A stretch of 64,000 bases of DNA. Source: Anaerolineaceae bacterium (GTDB lineage: Bacteria; Chloroflexota; Anaerolineae; Anaerolineales; Anaerolineaceae). Shown one piece after another: positions 1 to 9,492 of the stretch. Each line of letters begins with the position of its first letter. Position 1 is the first letter of the stretch. The position numbers and the translations under genes were made by a program. Location of the stretch: the NCBI GenBank assembly GCA_040766895.1, contig JAXGPR010000002.1, positions 16,991 through 80,990 of the forward strand, given 5' to 3'. Under the pieces are notes generated by a model. It did not search any database, was not told the DNA's origin, and worked only from the letters and a program-made list of their open reading frames with translations.

Positions 1-357
1 CTATGTTATTACATTGCAGATAGTTACCTTAATCACCCAGATCACCGCACAGCTGGACAGATCGTGGTGGATTCGGTATTTCCAGCAGCGATCAACAACG
101 CCTTTTTCCCGGAGCTCCTCGAAGAAGGTTTGTCAGCTGTCGACATCTCCGAACTTTGGTTAAGCCTACCACAATCGCCTAATGTCAGGCTGGATGTAGA
201 TATATATTGGGAACGGCGGTTGAATGCTCTCCTCAACCATAAATCTCAAATCATTGATGCTGAAAAGTTTCTCACACGCATGCAGACCAATAAGGCAAAT
301 ATACTCGCCGAGGATGGCCGCTATTACGAATTTTTCCGGCGGATAAAATTTCACTGA
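1..357 (+). CDS. PIG-L/LmbE-family deacetylase, C-terminal part (5' end lies outside the window)
   Basis: Frame 1 is open from nt 1. The translation ...LNHPDHRTAGQIVVDSVF... carries the HPDH motif typical of PIG-L deacetylases. Stop TGA at 355-357. Confidence 0.55.
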   Translation, partial: LCYYIADSYLNHPDHRTAGQIVVDSVFPAAINNAFFPELLEEGLSAVDISELWLSLPQSPNVRLDVDIYWERRLNALLNHKSQIIDAEKFLTRMQTNKANILAEDGRYYEFFRRIKFH

Positions 358-449
358 GATTCTAATTGAGTTAAACAATCTGGTGAGTTAACCTAGACTA
401 ATAGACAAATTAAGTAGACTATTTGGTGAATTGCAGGTACGGAAATAGA

Positions 450-1004
450 ATGTCCCAGTTGGTTGGCATATATGGCTCAAGTGGTTGTGGAAAGACGCGC
501 TTTGTTGAAGAGATAGTCAGGCAGGTTACCGATAGAGGATTTAATTGTAGAGGTGTTTGCAGCCCGGCGATTTTTGAGGAAGGTTTGAAGACTGGTATTA
601 CGGCGCAGCTTATCCCTGGCGGTGAAAACCGGCAATTAGCTCGCTTAGCACAAGCTGGCGATGGACAAATTTTTGGAAAGTGGCACATGTTCCCGGAAAC
701 AATGACATGGGCTCTAGAGTATTTACAAAAGGATGTTTACAGTGATTTATGGGTCATCGATGAGATCGGCCCCTATGAAGTCGAGAAAGGTTTAGGCTGG
801 GCGGCTATCCTGCCGCGTTTAGGAAACTTGCCGAGCAAGGTGACCTTGATTACCTACCGCCCGAGCTTGATAACTTACTTCAGCAGGCACTATCCGAGCA
901 TCTTAGCTTTTGACCTTGAGCAAGCTGGCGCTGCCGAAAAAGCAACCCAGAAAATTGAAGAGCTGCTTTCGGCGGGAGAAATATCTCAAAAATTCGCTTT
1001 CTAA
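450..1004 (+). CDS. Small P-loop NTPase (THEP1/DUF2478-like)
   Basis: Walker A GSSGCGKT lies near the N-terminus (MSQLVGIYGSSGCGKT) and Walker B-like LWVIDEIG follows. I prefer the ATG at 450 to the upstream start of the 423 ORF. Confidence 0.55.
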   Translation: MSQLVGIYGSSGCGKTRFVEEIVRQVTDRGFNCRGVCSPAIFEEGLKTGITAQLIPGGENRQLARLAQAGDGQIFGKWHMFPETMTWALEYLQKDVYSDLWVIDEIGPYEVEKGLGWAAILPRLGNLPSKVTLITYRPSLITYFSRHYPSILAFDLEQAGAAEKATQKIEELLSAGEISQKFAF

Positions 1005-1036
1005 CCCTTGTTGGAAGCGGAGTTTCTTTGTGTCTC

Positions 1037-3520
1037 TTATCCGTGTTTTGTTGTAGATTTGATCCACTCAGTTAATTTAAGTTGAGCATCTAGCCAAGCT
1101 ATCTGAGCATCCGTTGCGATGGGTTGAGATTGCTTCCAGAAGATGCTTTCGAGGATGGATAAAAGCTGAGAGTGTGTGAAATGGTGTTCTATTGCGCGTA
1201 GCCATTTTGGGTTATTCATTAATTCATTGAGATGACTCATGAACTGAAATTTTATCGAGGTTGGCATTCGCTCTGCGGTGATCAGTTGAGAGAGGCGGTC
1301 TGTTACTTTCGATGTCCATTGCTGCAACTCCACATTACCTAAAATCAAGCTGATATTTGATTCCACGGCTAACTGGGGCAAATGGACAATCAATTTACAT
1401 TTTGTTTCTTCATACGTGAACGTGCACTCAACCGGCACTTCATCTGCGGTTGCTAAGACGCTCTCTGGATGAGAAATTCCATTAATTTCAAAGCTCCAAG
1501 TACGTTCTCTAGGTATGCCTTTAACCTTAGCAGAAATAGGTCGAATTTGCACCGTGAGGGTTTGATGAGCATACGTTTGTGCTATCTCAGTTTCATTAAA
1601 TTCACCTTGCAGGTAGGCTTGGCTCTCCCCATCATCTTCGTACAGTCTGAAGGTATTATCAGCACCAGCAAAGATTTTGAGGATAATTTCTTGGGGTAAT
1701 GCTGTACCGTTGGCAATTTTTTCTGCATCCAACGGAATAATCGCACCGGCTTTGGCAAAAACAGGAATTTGTTCTTTTGAACAATATAACGGATACCACG
1801 CATTGCCTTCGAAGTATTCACCGGTAAAAAAATCATACCAATCACCAGCGGGAAGCCAGACGACCTGGCGGGCAAGGCGCGTATCGGGATCAGTCTTATG
1901 GGTAATCGGAGCGGCGAGGAGCTGCTGGCAAAAGAGATATTCTTGCGGGCATTTGTAAGCCTCTGGGTTTTCTGGCCAACCGTAATAGAGCGGCAAAATC
2001 AAAGGCTCACCAGTAGTCGCGTTGTGATAATTGGCAGAATAGAGCAAAGGAATCAATTGGCGGCGCAGCTGCATAGCCCGGCGCACAATTTCGAGCGTAT
2101 CCAATCCATAACCCCAAGGACGACGTTCGCAGTATGGGTTATTAGTCGAATGCAAGCGCAAAATAGGACTGAACACGCCTAACTGTACCCAGCGGAGGTA
2201 TAACTCAGCTTCTTCGATGCCTTCAAAGTGCCCGCCAATATCATGGCTCCACCAACCAAAGGCTACGTTTGCAGCTGTTGCGGTGAACTCTGGTTGGAAA
2301 GCAAGGGATTCCCACGAGACAATCGTATCCCCAGAAAAACCGATGGGGTAACGCTGCCCACCTAACCCAGGCCAGCGAGAGAAAATAAAGGGGCGCTTTT
2401 CTGGTGTTCTGCCCAAATCATAATAGTGCAAATGGTTTAGCATAAAAAGCGGGTCTAAGCCAGTAATTTTACTGCGTGTGCCTTGCTGCCAATCGATCCA
2501 CCAGAAATCAACGCCTTGGGCTTCTAAAGGGTGATGCAATATTTCAAAGTAAGCTCGGCGGAATGTTTCCGAAGTGAGATCAAAGGGAACAGGAGTATTG
2601 CTGGCAGGGTCAATACCCAATGCTTCTGCCATTTGTGGGTAACTTTCTTCGTGAGGATGAATTCCCTCAGCGGGATGCAAATTAAGTGCTGTTTTCAGCG
2701 CATTTTGATGTAAGAATTGTAAGAACTGTTTTGGATCTGGAAAGAGTTGCTTATTCCAAGTGTAACCTGTCCAACCAGAACAGCTGTTGCCTGTATTTGT
2801 AATATGCCAATCCATATCAATGATGCAGACAGAAAGTGGGATTTCTCGGCGTTTGAATTCCAATATAAGTTCGGTCAATTCCTCTTGGGTATACGCCCAA
2901 TAACGGCTCCACCAGTTCCCTAAAGCCCAACGGGGAATGAGTCCAGGCTTGCCAGAAATATCCTGAAAGTCCTGGATAGCAGCCAAATAGTCATGTCCAT
3001 AGCCGAAAAAGTACCAATCCCGCGCATCTGGGTCAGTCCCGCGCGGCTCAAGGGTTGCTTCACTGGTGAAAATGAGGGAATTGCTGTCATCGATTAGACT
3101 CCAGCCAGAGCGGGAAACTAAGCCTTTTTCTAAGGGAATGCGCCCGTTGGCGCGGTCGAGTGTGCGGGCGGTACCGCGCAGGTTAGTTTGGTCGCGATCG
3201 CCATACTTCCAAGTAACGCCATTCGCTTTGAGCCGAATTTGTATGAACCGCGCAATCGGCGGCTCACCTAAGCGGTAGGTAAGCTCTAAATCCGCTGTCT
3301 CGATGATTAATTTGCCGTCTTTCTCGTAGGTTTGGAATTCGGGTACGGGTTGGTTGCGATACCAAAACACTTGGCTAGGGCGGTCCTCAAAACTTTGCTC
3401 AGGTGAAAATTCAATACGGATGAGCCGGCTTTTCAGCATGGTAAAACGCATTGGACCGGCTAAAACAATCGCTTGGGGGTTAGCAACTGGATCAAATACA
3501 GGTTTAGCTGGAGAAAACAT
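1037..3520 (-). CDS. Glycoside hydrolase family 31 (alpha-glucosidase/alpha-xylosidase-like)
   Basis: 827-aa ORF with GH31-type motifs: CIIDMDWH, GVDFWWIDWQQG and WSHDIGGH. Confidence 0.85.
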   Translation of the reverse strand: MFSPAKPVFDPVANPQAIVLAGPMRFTMLKSRLIRIEFSPEQSFEDRPSQVFWYRNQPVPEFQTYEKDGKLIIETADLELTYRLGEPPIARFIQIRLKANGVTWKYGDRDQTNLRGTARTLDRANGRIPLEKGLVSRSGWSLIDDSNSLIFTSEATLEPRGTDPDARDWYFFGYGHDYLAAIQDFQDISGKPGLIPRWALGNWWSRYWAYTQEELTELILEFKRREIPLSVCIIDMDWHITNTGNSCSGWTGYTWNKQLFPDPKQFLQFLHQNALKTALNLHPAEGIHPHEESYPQMAEALGIDPASNTPVPFDLTSETFRRAYFEILHHPLEAQGVDFWWIDWQQGTRSKITGLDPLFMLNHLHYYDLGRTPEKRPFIFSRWPGLGGQRYPIGFSGDTIVSWESLAFQPEFTATAANVAFGWWSHDIGGHFEGIEEAELYLRWVQLGVFSPILRLHSTNNPYCERRPWGYGLDTLEIVRRAMQLRRQLIPLLYSANYHNATTGEPLILPLYYGWPENPEAYKCPQEYLFCQQLLAAPITHKTDPDTRLARQVVWLPAGDWYDFFTGEYFEGNAWYPLYCSKEQIPVFAKAGAIIPLDAEKIANGTALPQEIILKIFAGADNTFRLYEDDGESQAYLQGEFNETEIAQTYAHQTLTVQIRPISAKVKGIPRERTWSFEINGISHPESVLATADEVPVECTFTYEETKCKLIVHLPQLAVESNISLILGNVELQQWTSKVTDRLSQLITAERMPTSIKFQFMSHLNELMNNPKWLRAIEHHFTHSQLLSILESIFWKQSQPIATDAQIAWLDAQLKLTEWIKSTTKHG

Positions 3521-3646
3521 GGCGCCTCATGACTATAAAAATTTCCTTTATTTTAAACGCTAATCCTATTTTCAGGACGGTTAAGTGAGGAAATAATGCG
3601 ATTTTCGGGTGATTATTGGATGAACGGAGGTGATCGCGTTGTTTTC

Positions 3647-5320
3647 TTATCGATTTCTAAAAGAGGATAAGGCTAACCAAACAAAAATCGCAAGGATGCC
3701 AATCACACAAATCCCGATAGGGATAAAGACTAAGGCATTGCTCAGTGCGATGGGCAGCAGCATAGCGATGGCAAGTACAAGGCTAGCGATGAGGATACTG
3801 AAGGAAAGCTGGTTGAGACCGCGAACAACTTCCTTTTTTTCTTTCTCTCGACCAATCAGGTTTATATCCAAAGGCTTATTCTGGTCAATGCGTTCAACTA
3901 GTCGTCGGGTTGTACGGGGAAGTAACCTAGCCACCTCTTCCCAATCCATCGATTGGCGCACGAGATATCGCATCCATTCTTTTTTAGGCAAGAGCATCTC
4001 TCTGCGCAATTTGCGCACTATGGGTTCAGAGATTGCAAAAATATCTAATTCCGGATAGAGCAGCAACCCAATGCCTTCCATCATTCCTAAAGTTTTACCA
4101 AGCATCCAGAAATCAGGTGAGAGTGTAAGGCTATAGCGGGTAACGAGCTTGGTGAAGTCTTGCAAGATAGTCTGAAAATGCATTTCCTTGAGCGGCAAAC
4201 CGGCATATTTCTGCAGCATGTGTTCCATGTCCCGTTCTAAGCTCTCTCTATCTACATCTGGAGGCACAGCATTCATCCGAAAGAGTTCATCCACGATACC
4301 TTCGGCATCCATGGCAATAGCATTGATGTACAAACGTGTAAGGCTTTGGCGGTCCCGTGAGGTTAACTCGCCCACCATACCAAAATCCATTACACCAATT
4401 GAACCATCCTGGAGAACAAAAAAATTGCCTCCATGGGGGTCAGCATGATAAAAGCCATCCTCGAGGATTTCCTTGACAATCATTGAGACTGCGTTATGAG
4501 CTACTTTTTTACGGTTGATTCCCGCTTCTTTAATGGCAGCAATATCAGTAATTTTGATACCGTGCAATTCTTCCATCACTAAAACACGGCGGGTTGTATG
4601 TTCCCAATAAATCGTGGGGATGTAAATGCGCTCATCACCGGTGAAATTCTCGCGAAAACGGTCAGCATTGCGACCTTCGCGGTAGTAATCAAGTTCGTTA
4701 CGTAAGGTATGAGCGAAAGCATCGATTATCTCAACCGGGTGGTTGCGCTCACCCCACGGGGTCCGTTCTGCCAAACTAGCTAAATCTCCTAAAATGGAGA
4801 GATCTACTTCGATGATGCTTTCGATGTTTGGCCGTTGTATTTTAATAACAATGCTTCTGCCATTCTTTAGGCGAGCAGAATGCACTTGCCCTAAAGAGGC
4901 AGAAGCAAGCGGAATCGGATTGATTTCGGGAAATACCTGCTCAAGTTCTTCACCTATCTCTTCGATGAGGACAGCATGAATCACTTCCCAGCTCTCAGGA
5001 CGAACGGAATCTTCTAATTTGGTTAATTCCTGAATAAACTCTGGGGGAAGCAAATCCGGACGTGTAGAAAGAATCTGTCCGACTTTAATAAAAGTGGGAC
5101 CAAGCTCCTCTAAAGCTAAACGAAAATGGACTGCACGAGATTTTAAATCTTCTTCGGTTTTGGGGGTTTCCTCTGGAGGAATAGGAAAGAAGGAGCGCTT
5201 CAGTTGTAGCTTGGCTAAGGCATAACCAAAACCATGCTTAATGAAAGTTGAAAGGATCTGCTGATATCTCTTTCGATGTGAAATCTTTGAAGGGGAAGAT
5301 TTCACTGGAATCTCACTCAT
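3647..5320 (-). CDS. ABC1/UbiB-family atypical protein kinase
   Basis: 557-aa ORF with ABC1 signatures (LGPTFIKVGQILSTRPDLLP, ASASLGQVH, FYHADPHGGNF) and two C-terminal TM helices. Confidence 0.85.
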   Translation of the reverse strand: MSEIPVKSSPSKISHRKRYQQILSTFIKHGFGYALAKLQLKRSFFPIPPEETPKTEEDLKSRAVHFRLALEELGPTFIKVGQILSTRPDLLPPEFIQELTKLEDSVRPESWEVIHAVLIEEIGEELEQVFPEINPIPLASASLGQVHSARLKNGRSIVIKIQRPNIESIIEVDLSILGDLASLAERTPWGERNHPVEIIDAFAHTLRNELDYYREGRNADRFRENFTGDERIYIPTIYWEHTTRRVLVMEELHGIKITDIAAIKEAGINRKKVAHNAVSMIVKEILEDGFYHADPHGGNFFVLQDGSIGVMDFGMVGELTSRDRQSLTRLYINAIAMDAEGIVDELFRMNAVPPDVDRESLERDMEHMLQKYAGLPLKEMHFQTILQDFTKLVTRYSLTLSPDFWMLGKTLGMMEGIGLLLYPELDIFAISEPIVRKLRREMLLPKKEWMRYLVRQSMDWEEVARLLPRTTRRLVERIDQNKPLDINLIGREKEKKEVVRGLNQLSFSILIASLVLAIAMLLPIALSNALVFIPIGICVIGILAIFVWLALSSFRNR

Positions 5321-5605
5321 CGGTTTTGTCCTGGTTTTTCCAATAAAACTAAACGCTTGAGTAACTCTCTAGTTTAAAAATTGTCATTTCTAAAGAGTCA
5401 AGCTAAGCCTGAATCGTTGTTTCAAAGCAATTAACATTATACCCAGCAAACATTTATTCGAGTTAAGCTTGCTGGGTTCATCTCCCAGGGATAATCCTGG
5501 ATCTCGGGCAGTAAATCATCTCATCTAATAAATAGTACTTAATGTAATCTATTCGTTGTTATTGATGCGGTTTGCAAAAAACTTGCCTACCTCGACAACA
5601 CCCAA
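5283..5605. repeat. Copy 1 of an imperfect direct repeat (ABC1-kinase 5' end plus promoter region, module A, followed by 55-bp module B)
   Basis: By eye, 5283-5550 aligns with 5967-6237 and 5551-5605 aligns with 5911-5965. The module order differs between copies: A-B here, B-A in copy 2. Confidence 0.8.
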
Positions 5606-5908
5606 AAGAAGCAGCGCAATTCCAACTACGGTTGCCCATTCGATTGGGGTGAGTGGCCCTCCCAGCACCGTCAAGTTCGTTTTTTAGCGTCAATCTGCTG
5701 GGAGAGGGTGGTTCTTTTGCAGGCGTGGGCGTTGCCGGCCGCCTGCATACATCTTCCTCCCAGCATCGGGCAGAAAGTTTTACACTGAAACGAGACGCTG
5801 GGGGAGGAATCAAAAGTGGGAGTTTGCAGTGCAGTTTATGAACATATTGTGTTCTTCTTGAATATTAAGTTATTCATTTTTTATTATTCTGGGCATTTTC
5901 AACGCCCT

Positions 5909-6004
5909 TTATTCGTTGTTATTGACGCGGTTTGTGAAAAACTTGCCTACCTCGACAACACCCAATATCTTTGGAGGGGAAGATTTCACGGGTTTCTCAC
6001 TCAT
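5909..6004 (-). pseudogene. 31-codon chimeric ORF made by the duplication junction (ABC1-kinase N-terminus fused to a hydrophobic C-terminal tail remnant)
   Basis: The reverse strand reads ATG AGT GAG AAA CCC GTG AAA TCT TCC CCT CCA AAG | ATA TTG GGT GTT GTC GAG GTA GGC AAG TTT TTC ACA AAC CGC GTC AAT AAC AAC GAA TAA. This gives MSEKPVKSSPPK-ILGVVEVGKFFTNRVNNNE. The real kinase starts MSEIPVKSSPSK. The tail is also present at 5549-5680 as ...PLTPIEWATVVGIALLLLGVVEVGKFFANRINNNE*. Confidence 0.3.
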
Positions 6005-6237
6005 CGGCTTTGTCCTGGTTTTCCGTTAGAACTGAACGCTCGTGTATCTCTCGAGTTTATAAAAAATGTGATTTCTAAAGAGTCAAGTTAAGCCTGAAAC
6101 GTTGTTCCAAGGTAATTAACATTATACCCAGCAAACAATCATTCGAGTTAAGCTTGCTGGGTTTCATATCCCCGGGAAAACCCTGTTTCTCGGGAAGTAA
6201 ACCACCTCTTCTAATAAAAAAGTACTTATGAATTAAT
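5911..6237. repeat. Copy 2 of the same repeat (module B then module A)
   Basis: Same-orientation copy with scattered substitutions and small indels. It includes a copy of the first 12 codons of the ABC1-kinase gene. Confidence 0.8.
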
Positions 6238-6373
6238 TGCAAAACTGGCAAAGACAATCCTGCGTCCTACCATCGGGTCACCGTGTAGGGTGGAATAGTG
6301 AAAATCAGCAGGGTTGATGCGTGCTGGGTTAACTCCGATATTGCGCATAGCCACACTAACTCACGATATTCGC

Positions 6374-6415
6374 TAAAAGAAAAAGGACTGCTTTGTGAAC
6401 TTCAACGCAGTCCTT
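6374..6415 (-). terminator. Rho-independent terminator downstream of tRNA-Asp
   Basis: Stem aaggactgc (6383-6391) pairs with gcagtcctt (6407-6415). A T-run follows on the minus strand (A-run 6374-6384 on plus). Confidence 0.5.
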
Positions 6416-6429
6416 CAATTTATTTGGTG

Positions 6430-6503
6430 CGGGAGCGACGGGATTTGAACCCGCGATCTTGGCCTTGACAGGGCCACATGTTTGACCGCTACACCACGCC
6501 CCC
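6430..6503 (-). tRNA. tRNA-Asp (anticodon GUC)
   Basis: The reverse complement folds as a cloverleaf: acceptor GGGGGCG/CGCTCCC, anticodon stem TGGCC/GGCCA with loop CTGTCAA, and T-arm GCGGG TTCAAAT CCCGT. CCA is not encoded. Confidence 0.9.
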
Positions 6504-6645
6504 GAACGCAAATGAGTTTATCATACCCCATAGGGTTCGTCAAGCAATAAGCTTCCTTGGCTGATAACCCTGCTCAGCGAGACGCGTTTTCGAGGTTCGA
6601 ATTAGACCCGTCCTTATTGCTAATTAGATAGCAACGGGATGTGTT

Positions 6646-6975
6646 TTAGTCGTTTTCTTCCTCAAGCTCCTCGGAGGCTTTTTTGACCTTTTTCTTGGTC
6701 GTCTTAACCTCTTCTTCTACTGCTTCCAGAGCTTCTTCGCCTTTTTTCATCCCTTTGGAGAGAATTTCTTTATAGGCTTCTTCGGCTTTCTTCTTGGTCT
6801 CTTCGAAAGTCTCTTGACTTTTATCCTTGAGTTCGATGGCTCTGTCTTTGATAATCTGCCGTGTCTCTTCACCTGTTTGTGGTGCGAGCAAAAGCGAAGC
6901 AATGGCACCCGAAAGAGAACCAATAACAAAACCCATTAAAAACGCTCCGAAATTTTTCTGTTCAGACATATTCAT
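6646..6975 (-). CDS. YtxH-domain protein (general-stress-type, N-terminal TM helix plus charged coiled region)
   Basis: The N-terminus FGAFLMGFVIGSLSGAIASLLLAPQTGEETR matches the YtxH signature, and the C-terminal half is lysine/glutamate-rich. Confidence 0.7.
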   Translation of the reverse strand: MNMSEQKNFGAFLMGFVIGSLSGAIASLLLAPQTGEETRQIIKDRAIELKDKSQETFEETKKKAEEAYKEILSKGMKKGEEALEAVEEEVKTTKKKVKKASEELEEEND

Positions 6976-6999
6976 ACTCCTATCTTTTGTGTTTTCTGT

Positions 7000-7434
7000 T
7001 TATTTCTTGATTTTAAACATCTGCAGCAAGCGGTTTATGCCTGCCATAGATTGATAAAGTTTGATGACCGGTTCGGTCACATTATCACTAAGGAATTTTA
7101 CTGTACCTTTGAGGTCGTTCACAGTTTCTGTCGTCGAGTCCAATATTGGTTTTACCTCATTTTGCAGCAGGTTACTCAAGGATGCAAGTTGGATAATTAG
7201 AACAATCAGAGCAACCCCAATAATGAACATCTCCACTGCTAACAAAATAATAAAAATGTCCCGAACTTTGCTGGTTACTTCCTGAGGCTGATTGGAAAGG
7301 ATCACAATGCCGGCAATGATGAGCCCGATGAATAAGATTGCGATGATGATCGCCCAAGTAGAACTGCTTTTCTTACTCGTTTCAGGCTGCTCGTTTACTT
7401 CTACGGAGGTGCTTTCTATTTGAATCTCGTCCAT
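7000..7434 (-). CDS. DUF948-like membrane protein
   Basis: Two TM helices are followed by a helical tail (VKPILDSTTETVNDLKGTVKFLSDNV). DUF948 proteins are commonly paired with YtxH. Confidence 0.5.
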   Translation of the reverse strand: MDEIQIESTSVEVNEQPETSKKSSSTWAIIIAILFIGLIIAGIVILSNQPQEVTSKVRDIFIILLAVEMFIIGVALIVLIIQLASLSNLLQNEVKPILDSTTETVNDLKGTVKFLSDNVTEPVIKLYQSMAGINRLLQMFKIKK

Positions 7435-7491
7435 ATCATCCTTTCAAAAAATAATTATAACCGATTCTTAAGGTCGCAATTTTTCTGGATA

Positions 7492-8262
7492 TTAATCTTC
7501 AATAGTGAATTCAGCTTCTTGCATGGTATGGAGCTTTTCCTTAGCAAAGATTTTAATATCTGCGAATATATTACTCTGCTCCGTTTTGATTAAATCTTGC
7601 TTGACTAGTTCTAAAATAGCGAGAAATACAATAATGGCATTTAGCCGCGAATGGTCATTCCCAATCAAACCTTGAAAGGAAGTCTGTTCCGTCTTATGAA
7701 GCACTGTCAAAATCTCCTGGACCTTTTGTTTGAGTGTTACTTTTGGGATACCTATCATGGTGCTGGCTGGTGGGGACGATTGTTGAGAGACGAGGTTCAA
7801 TAGCGCCTCAACCAAGTCTTGGAGCCCTAAGCCAGACATGTCCACTTTTATAGTTGTCGGAAAGGACTGAGGGACATGCACATAACACCGCATATTAGCA
7901 CTGATGCGTTCATCTAACCATTGGGCTTGCCGCTTAATCTGGCGGTAAAGCAGAAGCTGTTGGGCTAAGCTTTCTCCGATATCTTCTTCCTCTTCGTGAA
8001 CCGGCGGATGGGGGAGCAATGCTTCAGATTTGATTTGGATGAGCTTGGCAGCGGTCACCATAAAAGCAGAGATGTAGTCTGGGTTTGTGTCCCGATGTAA
8101 TTGAATGTATTCCAGAAATTGGTCCGTCACCTGGGCGATCGCAAGCTTGGTGATGTCCAACTCGGCTTTTTGGATGAGATCCAGCAAGAGGTCTAGGGGA
8201 CCGGAGTAGACATCAGTTTCAATTTCGTACTCGCCAGTTTGAGGCTGCCAAAGCTTGTTCAT
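7492..8262 (-). CDS. scpA: Segregation and condensation protein A
   Basis: The N-terminus VYSGPLDLLLDLIQKAELDITKLAIAQVTDQFLEYI is typical ScpA. Confidence 0.85.
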   Translation of the reverse strand: MNKLWQPQTGEYEIETDVYSGPLDLLLDLIQKAELDITKLAIAQVTDQFLEYIQLHRDTNPDYISAFMVTAAKLIQIKSEALLPHPPVHEEEEDIGESLAQQLLLYRQIKRQAQWLDERISANMRCYVHVPQSFPTTIKVDMSGLGLQDLVEALLNLVSQQSSPPASTMIGIPKVTLKQKVQEILTVLHKTEQTSFQGLIGNDHSRLNAIIVFLAILELVKQDLIKTEQSNIFADIKIFAKEKLHTMQEAEFTIED

Positions 8263-8346
8263 GATTTAATTATACACTTCCGTTCAAGCCTATATCTACC
8301 GCCTGTATGATAATATTAATATAGCCAATTAAATTTAGATTCTAAA

Positions 8347-9459
8347 ATGACAACGTATTGCTGTTCAAAATGTAAGTTAACATATCCTTCGAAGGGGTTG
8401 CCGCATCAATGCCCGCGTTGTGGGGGAACTTTTACCTTAGCAGAGTTTTCTTTTCCCCAAGGAGGTATCGCCTTGAGTAAATCGCCCGGCATTTGGCGTT
8501 ACCAGAATGCCTTTGGCTTATCTGAAAATCCTCCAATAACTTATCTCGGCGAAGGGAATACGCCCTTAATCATTAGAAATATTAGTGGAACGCGGATTGC
8601 CTTCAAGTTGGAAAATTTGAATCCGAGCGGTTCCTTTAAGGACCGCGGAACTGCGTTATTGACGAGCATCCTTCTGATGCGTGGGATAAAGGAAGTGGTT
8701 GAGGATTCTTCGGGGAACGCGGGCGCCTCGTTAGCGATGTATTCAGCTGCATTTGGAATCCGAAGTAATATCTTTGTTCCAGCGATTGCCTCAGGTCCTA
8801 AATTAAACCAGATGAAAGCAAGCGGTGCAAATGTTATTTCTGTTACCGGTCCCCGGGAGAATGCCCATCAAGCAGCGTTGAAATACATAGCAGAAACTGG
8901 ATTTCCCTATGCCAGCCATGCCTTACTGCCTTTCGGATTAGCTGGGATTGCTACAATTTGCTTAGAAATCTATGAGCAGCTTGGGGAACTGCCAGGTACG
9001 ATTGTTGCGCCTGTGGGGCATGGCAGTCTATTTTGGGGAATTCAACTCGGTCTGCAAGCCTTGCAACAGCAATGTGATATACACCAGGAAGTTAAAATGG
9101 TTGGTGTACAGCCTGCAAGATGTGCCCCGCTAGTGGCTCTTTGGACAGGACAACCCTTTGAAGGTGGTACACAACCTGAAGGTTGTACACAACCATCTTT
9201 AGCAGAAGGGACCCAAATTTTAGCTCCTGTGCATGGTGAGAAAATCTTAAAATCCTTGCAGCGGGGGAAAGATGAATTGATCTCGATTGAGGAAGAGGGT
9301 ATCTTGCCAGCATTTTACAGCTTAGCCAAGATGGGTTTTTATGTGGAGCCCACCTCAGCACTTGTTTGGGCGGCTTACCAAAAATTTGGCTTCCACTGGC
9401 CTGAGCCAATCGTTTTGATATTAACGGGTTCTGGATTAAAATTTTATCCAACATCATGA
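8347..9459 (+). CDS. Threonine synthase-like PLP enzyme with N-terminal zinc ribbon
   Basis: CxxC...CxxC (CCSKCK...CPRCGG) at the N-terminus, PLP-lysine motif GSFKDRG, and SSGNAGAS. Confidence 0.75.
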   Translation: MTTYCCSKCKLTYPSKGLPHQCPRCGGTFTLAEFSFPQGGIALSKSPGIWRYQNAFGLSENPPITYLGEGNTPLIIRNISGTRIAFKLENLNPSGSFKDRGTALLTSILLMRGIKEVVEDSSGNAGASLAMYSAAFGIRSNIFVPAIASGPKLNQMKASGANVISVTGPRENAHQAALKYIAETGFPYASHALLPFGLAGIATICLEIYEQLGELPGTIVAPVGHGSLFWGIQLGLQALQQQCDIHQEVKMVGVQPARCAPLVALWTGQPFEGGTQPEGCTQPSLAEGTQILAPVHGEKILKSLQRGKDELISIEEEGILPAFYSLAKMGFYVEPTSALVWAAYQKFGFHWPEPIVLILTGSGLKFYPTS

Positions 9460-9492
9460 TGAACTGCAGGATCGTTTGCTATCAAAGCTTTG

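Noticed and set aside
5559-6257. Tracked ORFs 5559-5813(-), 5653-5841(+), 5816-6091(+) and 6075-6257(-) in the duplicated region.
   Set aside because: They run across the repeat modules and junctions and have no coding-like composition or motifs. The region is better explained as a duplicated promoter or gene-remnant scar.
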